Source: Marsupella aquatica
Taxonomy: Eukaryota > Plantae > Marchantiophyta
Assembly (NCBI GenBank): GCA_973895155.1
Contig: OZ316895.1
Span: 15,630,816 to 15,694,815, forward strand
Direction: 5' to 3'
Length of the DNA stretch: 64,000 nt
This document shows, piece after piece, positions 50,031 through 63,949 of this stretch. The notes below the pieces were generated by a model that saw only the letters and a program-made list of their open reading frames with translations, made no database searches and was not told where the DNA came from. Position 1 is the first letter of the stretch; each line of letters opens with the position of its first letter. Made by a program: the position numbers and the translations under genes.

Positions 50031-53000
50031 CTGCTTAGCCCTTGATTGTAAACCAAAAGGTGATACATGACTACGACGACTCTTTGCATTGAATTCACCT
50101 CGTTGTCATTGTAATCAAGCTTAGAAGTGTAACTGAATGTTTCCCCACGAGTGGTTCAAATCTCATTACCGCAATAGAGAGAAGCCAATAGAGAGACCCA
50201 GGATCGATCTCATCTTCCAGGGTATGTGTACTGAATTTAATTACTACATAACAGTTACTGGGTGATTGCTTTGCAGCTGTTGTGCAATTTGTTTTTCGAA
50301 GGCATAATTGCGAAATGATTGCAATATATTCATAGAACTCCGGGTAAACTTCAGGGCTGTTTCACACATTTTAGAGCAAAAATTCAAGGTGCATTTTGAA
50401 AATGAGCTAACGGATCTCGATTAGACGACGCACGAGACATAGACGTCGCACCACCTTGCAATTTCAATTATAGCATCTTAACAACAAACCGATTGGCGCG
50501 TCAGAGTATTCACCGGTCAGGATTGAAAGATCTAGAGGGCAAGGCCTTGCAGTATTCACCCTGATGAACGGAGATTATTTTGCACATGGGACCTGTTTAA
50601 GGATGAATAGCTAATGAACGGAGATTATTTTGAAAATGGGACCTGTTTATGGGACCTGTTTGAGAATTCTTTGATGAGAACAGCCCATTACTGTTATGAA
50701 ACGAATGGAAAGTTCTGTGGAGTGTGTATTTCTCTGTTGTACATCGTGGACCACTTCATTCATTGCGTTGCAGCATCGGTCTTGTCTAGTTGTGTGACAA
50801 GACATATTAAAGGAAACACTGAAAAATGGAAACCATACATGTTGTCTTATTTGGCAACTAAATGTGCGTGAATTACAGTATCTAACACTCCACTGTACAG
50901 TGTGCTTGTCCTTTTCGATTTGACTGAGTACTGACTTGAAGTCTTGAACCGATTGTCCCAACTGAATACCGGACAGAAGTCGCCCGCAATGTTGTGTCTA
51001 GAAACTTGTTCAATTGGCCTTGACAGAGAGGTGAGCCTCACTTGTGCCAAGCTTCCAAATCTCGTGGTTGTCTGGTTCCCTTTGTCTTCACGAACATTTC
51101 ACACGGTGGCCAACACCCAATGCTCTCTAACAAGCTCCGCTCGCTCTCGCTCTCGCACTGGTCCGATCCAAACCATGCTTCTGAGCTGCAGAGGCTCGAA
51201 AGAATTCTGCTCGATCCAATTAAAGGATAGCAGGCGCAGAGTAGGAGGCCTGTGAAGGCGGAGAAGTGACACGCAGCAGCGATTCAGCGGAAAAATTAAA
51301 TTCCTATTGTCCCATGCTACAGTCGACTTGTGTCCCGTTCAGGCGGTAAATTGCCCCAAACACATGACTTAAACAAGAAGTCAAGAACACATCTTGTGTA
51401 GCGTTCTGTTCACACGTGGCTCTCTGAGTCAAGTTTCTCCAGGCATCCCTGTTTCTAGAGAGGTGTTCCGTCAAAACAGACTAATTGCGTCAATCGAACC
51501 CGTAAGCATCGCCGGAGAAACTGGCAAAACAAAGACTGTCTACCCTTTCGAGAATTTAAGCGTTCTCGCAAACCCGAACTCAACTCGCCAGCAATGAGCT
51601 GTTACGATCAGATCTCTCGGGAACGAAACAAGTAGACTCCCTAAACCATCGTGAACGGGCCAAGTGCCCATTTCCCGATCGGCCTGCAACAGCCCTGGAC
51701 TGCTGCCGTTTGATCGGACCAGGGCTGCGATCGTTTTTCACGGGTCTGGTCTTCTGTGGGCAAGTTGAGAAGTGATACCTGTCTGGACGAGTGGCAGCCA
51801 TCATTCGACATCTCACTCGTTACGGGGGAGAAAGGTGCAGGCCGCATGCGAAATTTGGGCGTTCTTCCCCAGGATCGCAGTCTACGGAGCAAAGCCTTGT
51901 CAGCTCAGAATTAAAATAGACATAATCATCGTGATGTGAGACGCCAAGAGCGACATTCCAACGTACATTAGAGCATCTCCATTTGTGAATGTAACTGCGT
52001 GTTTACCAAAGCAGGTAGAGAAATGTTTGAAAACTGAGTCCAACCCATTCACTGGAAAGTGATTGGGTTTTCAGGAACAGGGTTTTTGTGGTAATGGACC
52101 TTGTATATCAAAGTAATTATACACAAGTTGACTCCTTACCAGGTTCCTTGCTGGGTTTTTAAGATTTCAAACTATGGTTGTAAATGCTGATACCTTAGGT
52201 TTAGGGATACTAGCTCCTCAGGGTTGGGGTTGCTTTTCAGTTGACCCCTAAAGTTACCTACAGTGAACTAGAAAAAGGAAGTTGTCAGACTTGGTATTTA
52301 ATGTACCCAATAAGCAAATCCCCATTGGATTGGCGATTCTCTTAGGGGTCAGCAACTTCAGTTTTTGCGTTGGCCAGTTGGTTCCTCAGTCTCTGGGGCC
52401 TGAGTGATTCCACAACCCACAAAACCATGGATCACCATTCTTGGAGGTTGGAGAATGGCATGTTCCCCACTTATCTGTATCCTATCAAACAAAAGGAATA
52501 TGTAAGTGATGAGTTGCTGATCAAGAGTGAGTCCAAATTGTACTCCTCTCCTCAGTTAGGCCCCCACCTGAAGAAGTCTTGAACATCATCACTTCCTTGT
52601 ACATGTCTTGATATTGGCCATATCTCTTCACCAATTTAGCCCATCAATCTTTGGAAACCGATAATCTACTAGCACTGCAGCCATGGAAGTCAATACATAC
52701 TTCTTGTATTGATGGGGTTACCTAACCTCTTTTTTATACCACCTCCCAAAATTGCATTATTTGTAGTTTTGCTGAACTTCTAGATAATCTACAATCCAAG
52801 CATAGTTTTTCTTGTAAGTGTTGCCCCTGGTACTTGATTACATCCTACTCCACAATGAGTGCCTTGGCTTGCCGCCATTTATGGACATGTAGGTGCTTCT
52901 GCAATTGCACAATGTGCTTGTGACGCTAGGTCTTGTATGGGCAAAGAGGAAGTCAATATGCGAGGGGTAATGAAAGCCTATCCTCCTTCCAATCTCGCTC

Positions 53001-53349
53001 CCCATCCTCCTTGAGCAGACCTGGAGCGCACTCCAGAGGATAAAATGATCATGAACATCAATCAAATCATCTGGAAAACAACTATCCATCTCCATGTTTT
53101 TGCATACTGCCCCCACTCTTCCTCAAGTCTAAGTCTTTGCATGAGTAGTAGTAGTGCTTACTTGCCATCCCTCTGCCCCCCCCCCCTCTCGCAAACCCTT
53201 CAGTAGTAATTTTTGGCCCTTTCAAGATGCTCTTATTTGTACTAGTAAATAACTTCCGAGCTATTAACAATGACCTTTGAACTACTATAATCATCACCAA
53301 AAGGCCATCAATATGCCCTTTGGGTGTTGTAAAATTTCAGAGTTGAGCA

Positions 53350-53770
53350 TGTTGGGTATTTACTCTTACGTCTAGGTTAGGTATGACGTGGTTGGTACAA
53401 CAACGTGGGTTGGTACAACTACGTGGTTAGGTACAACTACGTGATTAGGTACAACTATGTGGTTAGGTACAACTACGTGATTAGGTACAACTATGTGGTT
53501 AGGTACAACTAAGTTGCACACTATATCATAAGAGGCATGTGTGCTTGGAGAGGTAGAACCAAGGCTCATTGTTATGGAGCCACTTGAGAGATAGGGAGAG
53601 CGTACACTGTGGAGACTCGGTATAGCCGACGGGCTTAGAGTTCAGTAAAGCTCTCTTGTGTGTTCCCGTGGACGTAGCCTCAAGGAGGTGAACCACGTAT
53701 CTCTTGTGTCGACTATTGTGCGTTGGATGGTTCATGGGCTTGCCGTTGCGATCGTCGTCTATGCTCAACA
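53350..53770 (+). mobile_element. Solo LTR (421 bp) related to the Copia family at 26594, opposite orientation
   Basis: TGTTGG...CTCAACA; TSD GAGCA on both sides; 3' part is the reverse complement of the family LTR (CCCGTGGACGTAGCCTC..GGTGAACCACGTATCTC..GTGCGTTGGATGGTTCATGGGCTTGC). Confidence 0.93.
53386..53510. repeat. 18-bp tandem array (~7 copies) inside the solo LTR
   Basis: ACGTGGTTAGGTACAACT and variants. Confidence 0.92.
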
Positions 53771-54463
53771 GAGCACATTGCTGAGTGACAGGGCCAGTTC
53801 TTGATCCCCCAACTGTGGCCTGGCTGTTACAATACGGGAATAACATGGACTGAAAGGAGTCTATGCACCCATGGAACTCACCCCCTGGCCACACTTTGGG
53901 CACTGGCCTTGTCCTGTGGAAGAGCAAGCAAAATGGGTCTATTTGAGAACCTCCATTTGATAGTCCCTTGTAAATTTGATATTCCCTCAACCCCTAAACC
54001 TAGCCCACTCACCATCTAGTCACTAGAATATGCAATTCTGTCACCTTTAGTATTTGTTTAAAGATTGAGTTGTGGCCAGAAACAGCTCTGGTTGTCGGAT
54101 TATGAGCCAGTTTTTTTGTCACGGTTGGGTTGCCTTTAAACCTTTCCTAAATCCTGCCATGCATCTGTGCTGTTTGCCCTTGCGCACTGCACCCAACCTG
54201 TGGCCAATGGTCCGCCTCCCTGCCCAATTTCTCTGTGTGGAGGTGGAGGAAGTGGGGGAGGAAGAGGAGGGAAACTAAGGTTAGTGGGAAACCAAAAAAA
54301 GGAAAAATGCACCCTGCCCCTTGCTGGCCCTCCTGAGAATAGTCAGTAGCATCATACAGTGCTACAACCCGGCCTGATGTGCAAGGCATCCATTTACCCT
54401 CCTTCCCCAACAGTGTGTTTTAACCTACCAATATACAAGATTGGAGAGCAAATGATTTTGAAG

Positions 54464-55299
54464 ACCGCATGTTAAATCTACAACAAGTTAATGTTCCCCC
54501 ATTTTTGTGGGGCTCTGCACACTGCTCGTCCCAGACCCTGATGTTGCTGCCCGCTCCCGCCCGAGTTTGCGAGAACATAACCAAGACTCTTCTATTTTGT
54601 CACCTGTTCCGGCCTGATCAACTTTGTGCCATCAACTTCGGGTTTATGTTTTGGCACCTTTCATTTGTTGTCGCCTGCTCCGGCTCAATTGACTTTGTGT
54701 CATCAACTTCTTTCTCGTGGAGTCTTGGTTTATGTTCTGACAACACTTCTTTCCAATTGAGTCAAGTTTGTTTAATTTGTAATACTTAGAGTCTAAGTGT
54801 TGCAGAGCTTATTACTTTGGTTAAGAGTCAAGATTGATAGAGTCTTGGTTAATGTTTTGCCAAATGCTTCTTTTTTATGGAGTTGTGGTTTATGTTTTGG
54901 CAACACTTCTTTCCAATGGATTCATGTATGTTTAGTAATAGAGTAAGTGTTAAGGAAGAGCCTGGTACTTTGGATAAGAGTCAATAATGATTAATGATAC
55001 AGTCTTGATTTATGTTCTAGCAAACTTGGGCCGGAGTGGGCCGGGGGAGTGGGCAGCAGCATTGGGGACTTGGGCCGGAGGGGGTGCATGACAACAAGTG
55101 ACTGGTGCCAGAACATAAACCTGAGGTCGATGGCACAAAATTGATCGCGCTGGAATGGATGACAAAATTGTAGAGTATTGATTTATGTTTTGGCAAACTC
55201 CGGCCATAGCGGGCAGCAGCATTTGGGACTGGAACAGGCAATGTACGGGCCCTTGAGAAAAGTGGGGAGCATTAACTTGTTGTAGATTTAAAGTGCGGT
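54464..55299. mobile_element. Non-autonomous Mutator-like/foldback element (836 bp)
   Basis: Ends ACCGCATGTTAAATCTACAACAAGTTAATGTTCCCC / GGGGAGCATTAACTTGTTGTAGATTTAAAGTGCGGT; imperfect inverted similarity over ~130 bp; 9-bp TSD ATTTTGAAG; internal GGTTTATGTTTTGGCAAC repeats. Confidence 0.88.
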
Positions 55300-58200
55300 A
55301 TTTTGAAGTAGTATTTCAACAAATATAGGAAAAAATAAAGTTGTACCTCTTAGAAATTTGCTTGATTGATGTGCAAATGCAAAAAGCCTTATTTGATGAG
55401 GATAGTCCAACCTTGAGAAATTATTTGATAGAGTCATCACAGTTTCCTTTGATACCTTGTGGTAGCAGCCGAGGTTAACAAAGAAAAACCCCCTGCCACT
55501 AGTAAATCTTCAAAGCTGGGCCCGCATCGAGGCAAGGGTTTGGGTTTACAGCTTACACCCAAAAGGTTAGATTTTACGCACCTATCACCCAAATTTCACT
55601 TCTACCCGGTCTGACGAAATGAAAGATTCCCATGGTCACAGGTAACACGTGTAAGGCTGTGCTCCACCCCCGGCCGACACAATTGAGGAGGCCGGCAGGA
55701 CAAACTGGGCATTCGAAACCCGAAAGAATTTGTGAGTCGCCTCCTCGTGGCCATGGAACCCCATTCGAGAGGGTATCACGAAGTGGGATACACCCCGAGA
55801 ATGGGGCCTCCAGTGCTCCACGTGGAGATGACCCATCTCGATGAGCAAGAATATTTTCTGCTGAATGTAATTATTGCAAATAGTTCGTTTTAGGAATCCC
55901 TGGATTTCCGGAAACGATGTTTTTCACCAGTCAGATTTCCTGGCACGCTGGCATGATCGCAGTCTATTGTGGTTGTCGTAAACTCTAGATTCTCAATCCA
56001 TTTACCCACGAGTCAAGGATCCAAACGACCACTTTAGAGCTAAGTAATCTTGTTTTGTATGGTTTAGCTGCATCATAAAACCTTCGAAAATCACCCACCC
56101 GATACTTTTGTTTTACTCCCACCCTAAATTTTGATTCAGGTCCCTTTAGATAGATGAAAACCAAAACGAACTTTACCAGAAAAAAATGTTGCCCTGTTTC
56201 CGTTTCAGCTTTCCCTTATTTGTTTGTCCACCATACAGTTTTGTCTTTGCTAAGGGTCATTGTGGAGTCATTGTGAGCTTTGAAATGATGATAGACACCG
56301 TGGTATATGTGGTCATTTTAAAATTTTAATATACATCATTCTCTCCATGCACATCATTTCTTACATGCACATGAATTTTGGTGGGGCCATCTCATTCTCC
56401 CCATGCACATACTTTTTGAGTTTTTGTATGTATATACATTTTGGTTGGACCCTAGAGTTATGGTCTAGAGACTTCACTCTAAAAGGCTACACCTCAACTC
56501 TAGTTTCCCTTATTGCTTTATAAGTAAGATGAGCTAAAATAGGGCTATCCTTAAATCTAGGGAGATCTGATAGTCCAAAATAAATCCTAAACCTTGGCCT
56601 GATAAACTGAGGGGTTATTCTGGTCAAACACTCTCAGAAGCCGGAAGAGTTTAGAGTGAGTGAGGGTGCAATCTTTCAAAATTGGTAATTCTCTCCATTC
56701 TTCATAAAAGTTGACAATATATTAGGCTCTTTGGAAAATGTATTTCCAAGCCAATAGAATGATCCCAAGAACAATTCATGGTTGCATAGCAAGGGAACAT
56801 TTGAAAGGAAAGTTTTGCTAAGAAATTTGTTTCTGGAAGTGAGAAGAGTGAGGATGTAGCGTGTGTCCATGGGGCTAGTAGGTGCTGGGTTCATCTTAGC
56901 CTCTTTCCACAAACTTCTCTTTCTGAATTTCATAAGAGCTTAAGTAAATGTATATATTACACTACCAAAAAATAAGAAAACCAAACCTGCAAAACAGGCT
57001 TTGGAAAAAACAAGGGAAAACCCCAAGGAAGTTAAAAGAGCCAGAAAGCTAGAGAGTACTTACATGAGCAAAAGAACTACAGTAGAGCCCTACTGAAAAG
57101 CCCGGTACTGCCTTCCTAAGCAGGAGATATATAGAAAACCCAAGTAAGACTTCCTAATGCTGGTCTTGCTTTCTCTCTCTGGCAGACTCTTGTTTTCTGA
57201 GTAGCTCCATCTTTATCTTGTGTGTTTTATCGACAAATAAAAATTACTTTTGAGACCAGAGAAGAGGAATCGGTAGGACGACTACAAAATCAAGCTGGGT
57301 AGGATTGCGCTGTTACATTGCTGAGTTCGACACTGCTGAGCGATGAGAATCAAAATATCCCTATGGCTTGTTCGTGTAGCTTGCGTCCATCACCACACAC
57401 AGAGCAGACGGCCGGTCGGCGAATCTGTAGGGCAGTTACGATCATGTGCCAGTACGTTGCTGATTGGGGCTTCGTTTGTTTCCACTACTACTGTAGTCGA
57501 CAAGACACATGCACCATGCATGGGGCTCTGCTCTCGTCGTCTTCTCCAGTTCTGTACTCTGTACAGGAGTCCTCTAGGTTTCATTTCCGAATCACTGCAC
57601 CAGCATCTTGGTTTTTCTTTTCACGCTTGTATCACGTCTCAGACCGCTACTGTATGTTCGGGACCAGGAGAAAACTGCAGCAGGGATAGGGATTCGGGCA
57701 AATACTGTGGATCCCTTCCAGAATAATAGTAAACATATGTTTCCCTTGCTTCCCTTTCTGGTCATGATTCTCGTGTTCTTTATCGTTGTTTGATCCTCCA
57801 ACCTACCTTAAGTACGTCAGATATGTTGTGGACCGTGCCGATTTTGTTTTGTCCGTTTGGCCCCTCTCTCGTCTCTCGAGGTGGAGGATGAGTTGGCATC
57901 GCTTTGAATACCAAGCCCTGCAATCAAGTTGAATTCATAGGCTTAATGTTCATCCCCCTTTGCTGGATGCTAAACTGTCTTCAACATAATTTTTTGATAT
58001 CTTAAATCACCACTGGGCATATATAGGGGAAGTTTCGAAAGCCTCCCCCTTTACTGTGTGGGTTTGTCTCCAAGATTGCAGAATTTTTTTTAAGTTTTAA
58101 TGGTAGCTACACGTTACCCATAGTTTGTAAAGGGACAAGCAGGTGTGATTGAAGAAGGATGCTAGGATGGATTACGTCGTTTAGCCTCAAACTCTGACGG

Positions 58201-59924
58201 CTATAGCAATTCTTAACACCCTGACCATTGAGCATTTATTACAAAATTAATATGCTAGCTGAGTAGAAAGTAATGTGTCAGAGGGATCCATGTGGATTTC
58301 CTAGGGTCTATCCTAGCAATCTTGTCAAACATGGTAGTCCACAGGAGCTCCAACTTCATTAACAAGCATCGTGCTATACAGAACAGAAATATATAAGCAA
58401 ACTTAGAGGAGGGAGTAGGTTAGCTTTGCTTCTTGATTGGCGGAAGGCTGATACAAATATCAAACTTACAATGGTTCCTTTTAATTTGGGGTGTAGTAGC
58501 TGAGGTTTTTTCCAGATCTACTCTTCTACTGTACATCTTTTTGAATTTTTAAATATAGGGGGGCTAGGGCTTTTTCAGATGGAGGATTGATTGACCACAC
58601 GCCTTCAATTTATCGTTGGGAGTGGTTGCTTACAACAGGAGATTCCACATGGGTAGGAATCACACGGGGAAACAAATTTATGTGGTTGTGCTTTCTGTTT
58701 GGATGATGGTGAGGCCAGCAACAGCTGTCTGTGGTATTCTGGATAGTGATCACTGCATAATTGGAACCTCGATTTCGAAGACAAATTTGAAGTTGGGCCC
58801 ATTTTTAAAGATCTGCCGTTTAGTAGACTCATGAGCCTACAATGGACAAGGAAGTGGGGCTGACTAAACACATGACAGTCTTTCCATCAGTCTAGTTCTC
58901 TTCGCTTTTCACCATTTCAAGAATAAAGAAAAAGCTTACTGGATCTTAGTTTGGTGTTTGTCTTGACCTTTTTGCCTGTAGTATTCTTTTACCCTTCTTC
59001 TTGCTCCGCCGTTAATAGGAGATTGCATTTGCCACTTGTGTTTATACACTTTGGACCTCTTTTGCTTTCTCTTCACTGTATTTGTCTGTTCATTGTCTAA
59101 TAATTATGGTCCTTTCACTAGTCTATTGTACCTTCTAGGGTCGTTTGAGTAAATTGGTCGTTTTTCTTGTCTGACCTGCTAGACAATTAAAGCCTAGTTT
59201 AAACAATGAATCAAATTAAAGAAAGTAACGTCTCGGTTCGGTGAATCATGTGGAATGATTCCAGATCATCCAATTGATTAAAAGATTCCGGGATGGGTTT
59301 ACGCAAGAATCTTTGAAATCTTAAAAAGCAAATGCTCCATAGAATATAAGAAAACCAGCCAGCGGCTTCTGATTGGCTTTCCTTTGGAATAGCACTGAGC
59401 CTAATCATGCTCTAGAGGCAGCGTCTAAATATAGGCTGGATTCTTTCTGGTCTTGTTAACATCCAACACGGAGCAGTTGTGTACTGGACACGAGCTCTCA
59501 GCCGCCATAATTCACCACCCCCACCCACCCCATGCATTCCCGCCGTGCCTCATATGTAAGGTTTTCTCTGTTTTGCCAAGGTGGCTAAAGTCACCTTGTG
59601 TGTGAAGGAGAAGATGCTACCAAGATTTTTGGATCTAATTTACTAATTTAATTTCTGATCATGGGATTTGCCTAGGATAACTGTCAGATTCTGGTTCTAC
59701 TTGGCCTGGTGAGGTGGAAGATTGGCTAGGAATGACAAAAAGCATGGTAAAGTTTGGCTTTAGTTAAGTGGCAAACACTTTTAGTGAGGTGCAAATTTAT
59801 CCACAGACTGGAAAATTACTATTATGCCAATAAACGCCAATCCTTCAGATTGCAAAGATTGCTTGTGGATGTTGCATTGCACAGACGGTCTTCCTCACAC
59901 CTGGCAAGAAGTTTTAATCTTTGC

Positions 59925-60120
59925 TCAGCAGAAGTGCTCTTGAACTATGGTGAAATCTGCCGGTGGTGAGTGTTTGAGAGAGCACCTCCGCTGTGCAATG
60001 CACGTACTACAGAAGTCTGAGCAGTCGAGATCTGCTCTCTTGACTACGGTGGCAGTTTTCTACGTTTGGAAACCTGGAGAGGTTCGAGACTTCACGACGT
60101 TAAAGTGGTCAGCTATATCT
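59925..60120 (+). pseudogene. Possible degenerate TIR-domain (Toll/interleukin-1 receptor) fragment
   Basis: LLNY / ECLREHLRCAM...TVAVFYVWKPGEVRD loosely follows the TIR consensus NYAxSxWCLxEL...VxPVFYxVxPSDVR; frame disrupted. Confidence 0.3.
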
Positions 60121-62691
60121 ACGGGGGTGGGGGGGGGGGGGTGTACCTCAATAAGTCGTGATCTGAGAAACAAGGCCACGTGATCATTTTGCCTTGGAAC
60201 CGTGTGTGGATCGAGCATCACTGGTTCAAAGCTGCACAGCAGCCGTATGCACGGGATCTGGAAAGGATTGATCAACAAGAGGCTGATCGTATGCCTTAGT
60301 GGTTGATTCATTTGTTGCTTGCTTGATTGATTGGATACTTGATTGGACTGTTGACAGACAGAGCATGTGGCTACGGTTGGAGTCATACGTAACAGAAGAA
60401 ACGATAGCACCTAGTTTGTACTGGTCGAATTTGTCGAGAAGAGCAAAGCTGATGCGAGGCGGTTTTTCGTACGCTGCCGAAGTGCTCACGAAAGCGAATC
60501 CTCACATGCATGTCATCGGCTCAGCCATTGCAAAATCTGTCGACTCTCTTATCCACAAGAGATTCGCGCAATAACCAATTAATCATTAAAGTTCTGGGCT
60601 CACTTAACAAAATATTCTTGTCAATGTGAACCTAGAATGAATTTTGTCATCTACGATTCTAGCTTAGTTTGCTCTCGTTTCATGGAATGTTTCGCACAAG
60701 AATAGTCAGTTTTTTAAGTTTTCACCGACGCGTTAGCTCGAATCTGACTGTTATATGTAGGTTCACAGAAACTAATAGAGAATTGATTAAAAAACTTACA
60801 TGAAACCTATTCATAGCATGTTCTCCCTCACACAAAAGTGACATTCGTCACCCTGGCCGCAGAAAATAATTTTAAAACCACTGTACCTGGGGGAGGGCAC
60901 TACGGGCCGCAAATAACGCCACATTGCTGAGGAGACCGCTACGGTACAAAAATGGAGGACAAACGATGGAATTGACTTGGTTACCCTGGTGCGGAGGACC
61001 TTCGCTCCATCTGCCTCTCCAGTTGCAAGATAACGTGAGCGCCTGAGCGGGTTGAGGGCTCGATGCAGCCGAAGGGATGATTACCGGCCTACGCGCACGA
61101 CAGAACCGTCTCACCTGTAAAAGATATCCGTTTCGAATAGAGTCATTCGGCAGAAGGAACTACTGTAGGTACCGCCATGCCCGGGTCTGAAACTTGATCA
61201 TGAAGATGGCCTGGTCCAACGCAGATAGAACTATGAAGGAGGGTATTTGTAAGGTTTTTGTCTTGGTTGTTAGATGTGCCAAGAAGATGCAATAATATTA
61301 TCTATTAAAAACTTTAGGTTGATATATGACCATTAGATCTCCTTAGATTTAAGGAGAACTGAGATTTGGGTTGGGATTTGGTATATAAGTAAGTGGATAA
61401 GAAACTGACTAGTCTAAGACACAAAAGTTGCTCAAGGTTTACGAAGAATACTTTTTACATTGGGTAGAATTTAGCAAAATTTTAACACTAGACCAAACGG
61501 GCTATGGAAGCTCTCCTGTAGCAAAGGAGCACCTGAATTAAGACAGGTACCGGTAATTTTCCTGCGATTGGGAATGTAGTAAATACCTCGCTCTATCCAC
61601 AGTTTACTTGCTAGGCTTAACTCAAGGGGGGAAATTAGTCCTTGGCAGTGTTTTCTGTCATCTGTCATGATTTGCTATCTTGATGCTAATGCTTAATGTT
61701 TATTATTATTTTTCCTTGAAAGCCAAAAATAAACCCGTCCAACAGAGGAGAACAGCTGCTCAGGAGCATGCGATCCTCTCCTCCCTAGGGTACGAGGCAG
61801 AAGGGGGACCAAAACCAGGGATTTCCAGGACTACTGCATGGACCCAGACCAAAGGGAGAGAGGCTTAAAATAGGGCTTAAGCAGACGAGCTAGGGGTTGA
61901 AGAGTAACCAATAGTCTCGTCATTACACCCCATCCACACATATACCCTCCACACCCTTTGGTGTGGAAGGGGATTTGAACCTGGGACCACTTGGTTTTTG
62001 GGGTTATTATTTAATAGTACTTCTTGCTGTTGTGGCCTACTTTCTTGTAATTGTGGTCTACTTTCTTATAAAATTTACATGTGTAGCATTTTTTATATAT
62101 AAAACTGAAAAGGAAGAAGAAGCCTGGAGACATGATCCCAAAGGCAGATCGAGGACCCAATCAAGGGAGTCAAGCACAAAGCCAAGATGCTAGAGAAGCC
62201 AACCCAGGAAAGCCCCAACAAAACAAACGGACAATAAAAGACCCAAAACCCTACCAGAAAGCCCTATCTATCGGCATACTGAAGAGCATGGTAGAGTTCT
62301 GAGGTGAACTGCATAGGAGTATCTAACAAGGGAACCAATCTAGATACCCTAGAACTAACCACCTCACTTCTACAAAAGATAGTGACGGGGATAGTGAAAG
62401 CCTGAGCCCTCTACAATGCAACTCACACCCGCTAACAAAAGAAAGCCTGATGACAGACCAGGGTAGGACCTCCCCTCAACATAGTGGACCACATAAAATC
62501 ACATAAGATGGCAGGCCATCAAATGTTGGATGAAGAGCCCCAAGACCACCACAGCAAGCGGATACAACAAGTTTGGGGTAGTAACTCGGGAAGCTACACC
62601 ACACTGTACTTGTGTCATACATTAGTCAATTTCACACCTAGCGAGACTCCGACATCATTCTCGCTGTTCCCTTGTAATATAGACGAACTAA

Positions 62692-62793
62692 AACATAATT
62701 GAGCGGTCAAAATGAAATCTGGAGGAACTAATATATAATTTAACGGTCAAAATGAAATCTGGAGGAACTAATATATAATTCAATGGTCAAAAT
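62692..62793. repeat. ~2.5 tandem copies of a ~40-bp unit upstream of the dioxygenase
   Basis: ATAATT.A.CGGTCAAAATGAAATCTGGAGGAACTAATAT repeated. Confidence 0.8.
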
Positions 62794-63380
62794 TGTAATA
62801 TATATGATAGTTAGATAGAAAATATTCCTCCTCTACGTCACACAAGGCCACGTTGTGCACCCTCGGGAAAATCTTGAGGAAGCACTAAGATAAAAATTCC
62901 CAGCCTCATCAATCATCCATCATTCCATTCAGACCGACCCGTACCTGCCTCCTAACTGCACCAGATCCACACCGGACAGAATCCACATACTTTACCGTAC
63001 AAAGGCGTCGTCGTCTCGCCGCTCACATTTTCCATGTCCATATAAGTACTGTAAGTATCGAAGTCTCCCAAGCTTTCTCTCTCTCTCTCGATGGCCGTCT
63101 AGCTCTCCCCGCCCTTGACGACTACCGGTCCACGAGCTCGATCTGGTCTTCCTCTAAATCTTCGCGTTTCCTTCTCGATCGGTATGCCATTCAATCTAAT
63201 CTGTGCTGCATGCCATTTCATCTATCCGTGCTGCATGCCATTTCATCTATCCGTGCTGCATCGAGGTCTGCGTTCAGTTGTGAAAGGAAAATTGTCTGTG
63301 TCCTGACTGTAAGTTGCGACGGCAGCTTTGGTTCCCTCTGTCGAGTGCTCTCAAGCTAGCCGGCTCTAGAGGAACGATCG

Positions 63381-63949
63381 ATGGCGGTTGAAGGGACGGT
63401 GGAAGAACTACCTGAGACATGCACCACGTCGCAGCAACAAACGACTAGAAGGTCTGTCACGGGATCGCGGACGCCACCGCTAGTGGGAGATGTCTCAATT
63501 CTGGAACAAAAAGGGGTGCGGGAAATGTTGAGAAAGTACGACGTCAAGTCAGTTCCCGAGTACTACATCAAGCCGGAGAGTACGAGGCAGAATGTTTCTT
63601 CCATCGTGGACGCGGAGACCGCGAAGAACTGCCTTCCGGTGGTTGATCTTGCGTCTCCCCGGGAAGAGTTGGTGAGAGTCATCGGAAAGGCCTGTCAGTG
63701 GGGGTTTTTCCAGGTCATCAACCACGGATCAGATCCAAATTTGCTCAAAAAAATGTTCACCGAATCGGAGGAATTCTTCGCGCTTCCGGTGGAAGAGAAA
63801 ATTCGCTGCACCACACCGCAGAAAGTTGTTGGTCCGATTCACTTCGGGGGGGGTAGCAGAGGGGATTGGAGAGATGTCTTGAAGATTCACTGCGCGCCGC
63901 CCTCTGTAGTCGCAATGGACTATTGGCCTGTCCATCCAGTGGGCTATAG
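63381..63949 (+). CDS. 2-oxoglutarate/Fe(II)-dependent dioxygenase (DOXC type), first coding exon; gene continues beyond the window
   Basis: DIOX_N motifs VPEYYIKP, LPVVDL, ACQWGFFQVINHG, FFALPVEEK, DWRD, WPVHP; donor AG|GTAATG at 63949/63950. Confidence 0.93.

Noticed and set aside
53372-53990. ORFs with VVPNHV repeats and a 154-aa ORF
   Set aside because: Translations of solo-LTR sequence and its 18-bp array.
56650-62620. Patches resembling old LINE 3' ends (about 56650-57100, 58200-58900, 62100-62620)
   Set aside because: Only a compositional impression; no intact motif, tail or TSD to support a call.
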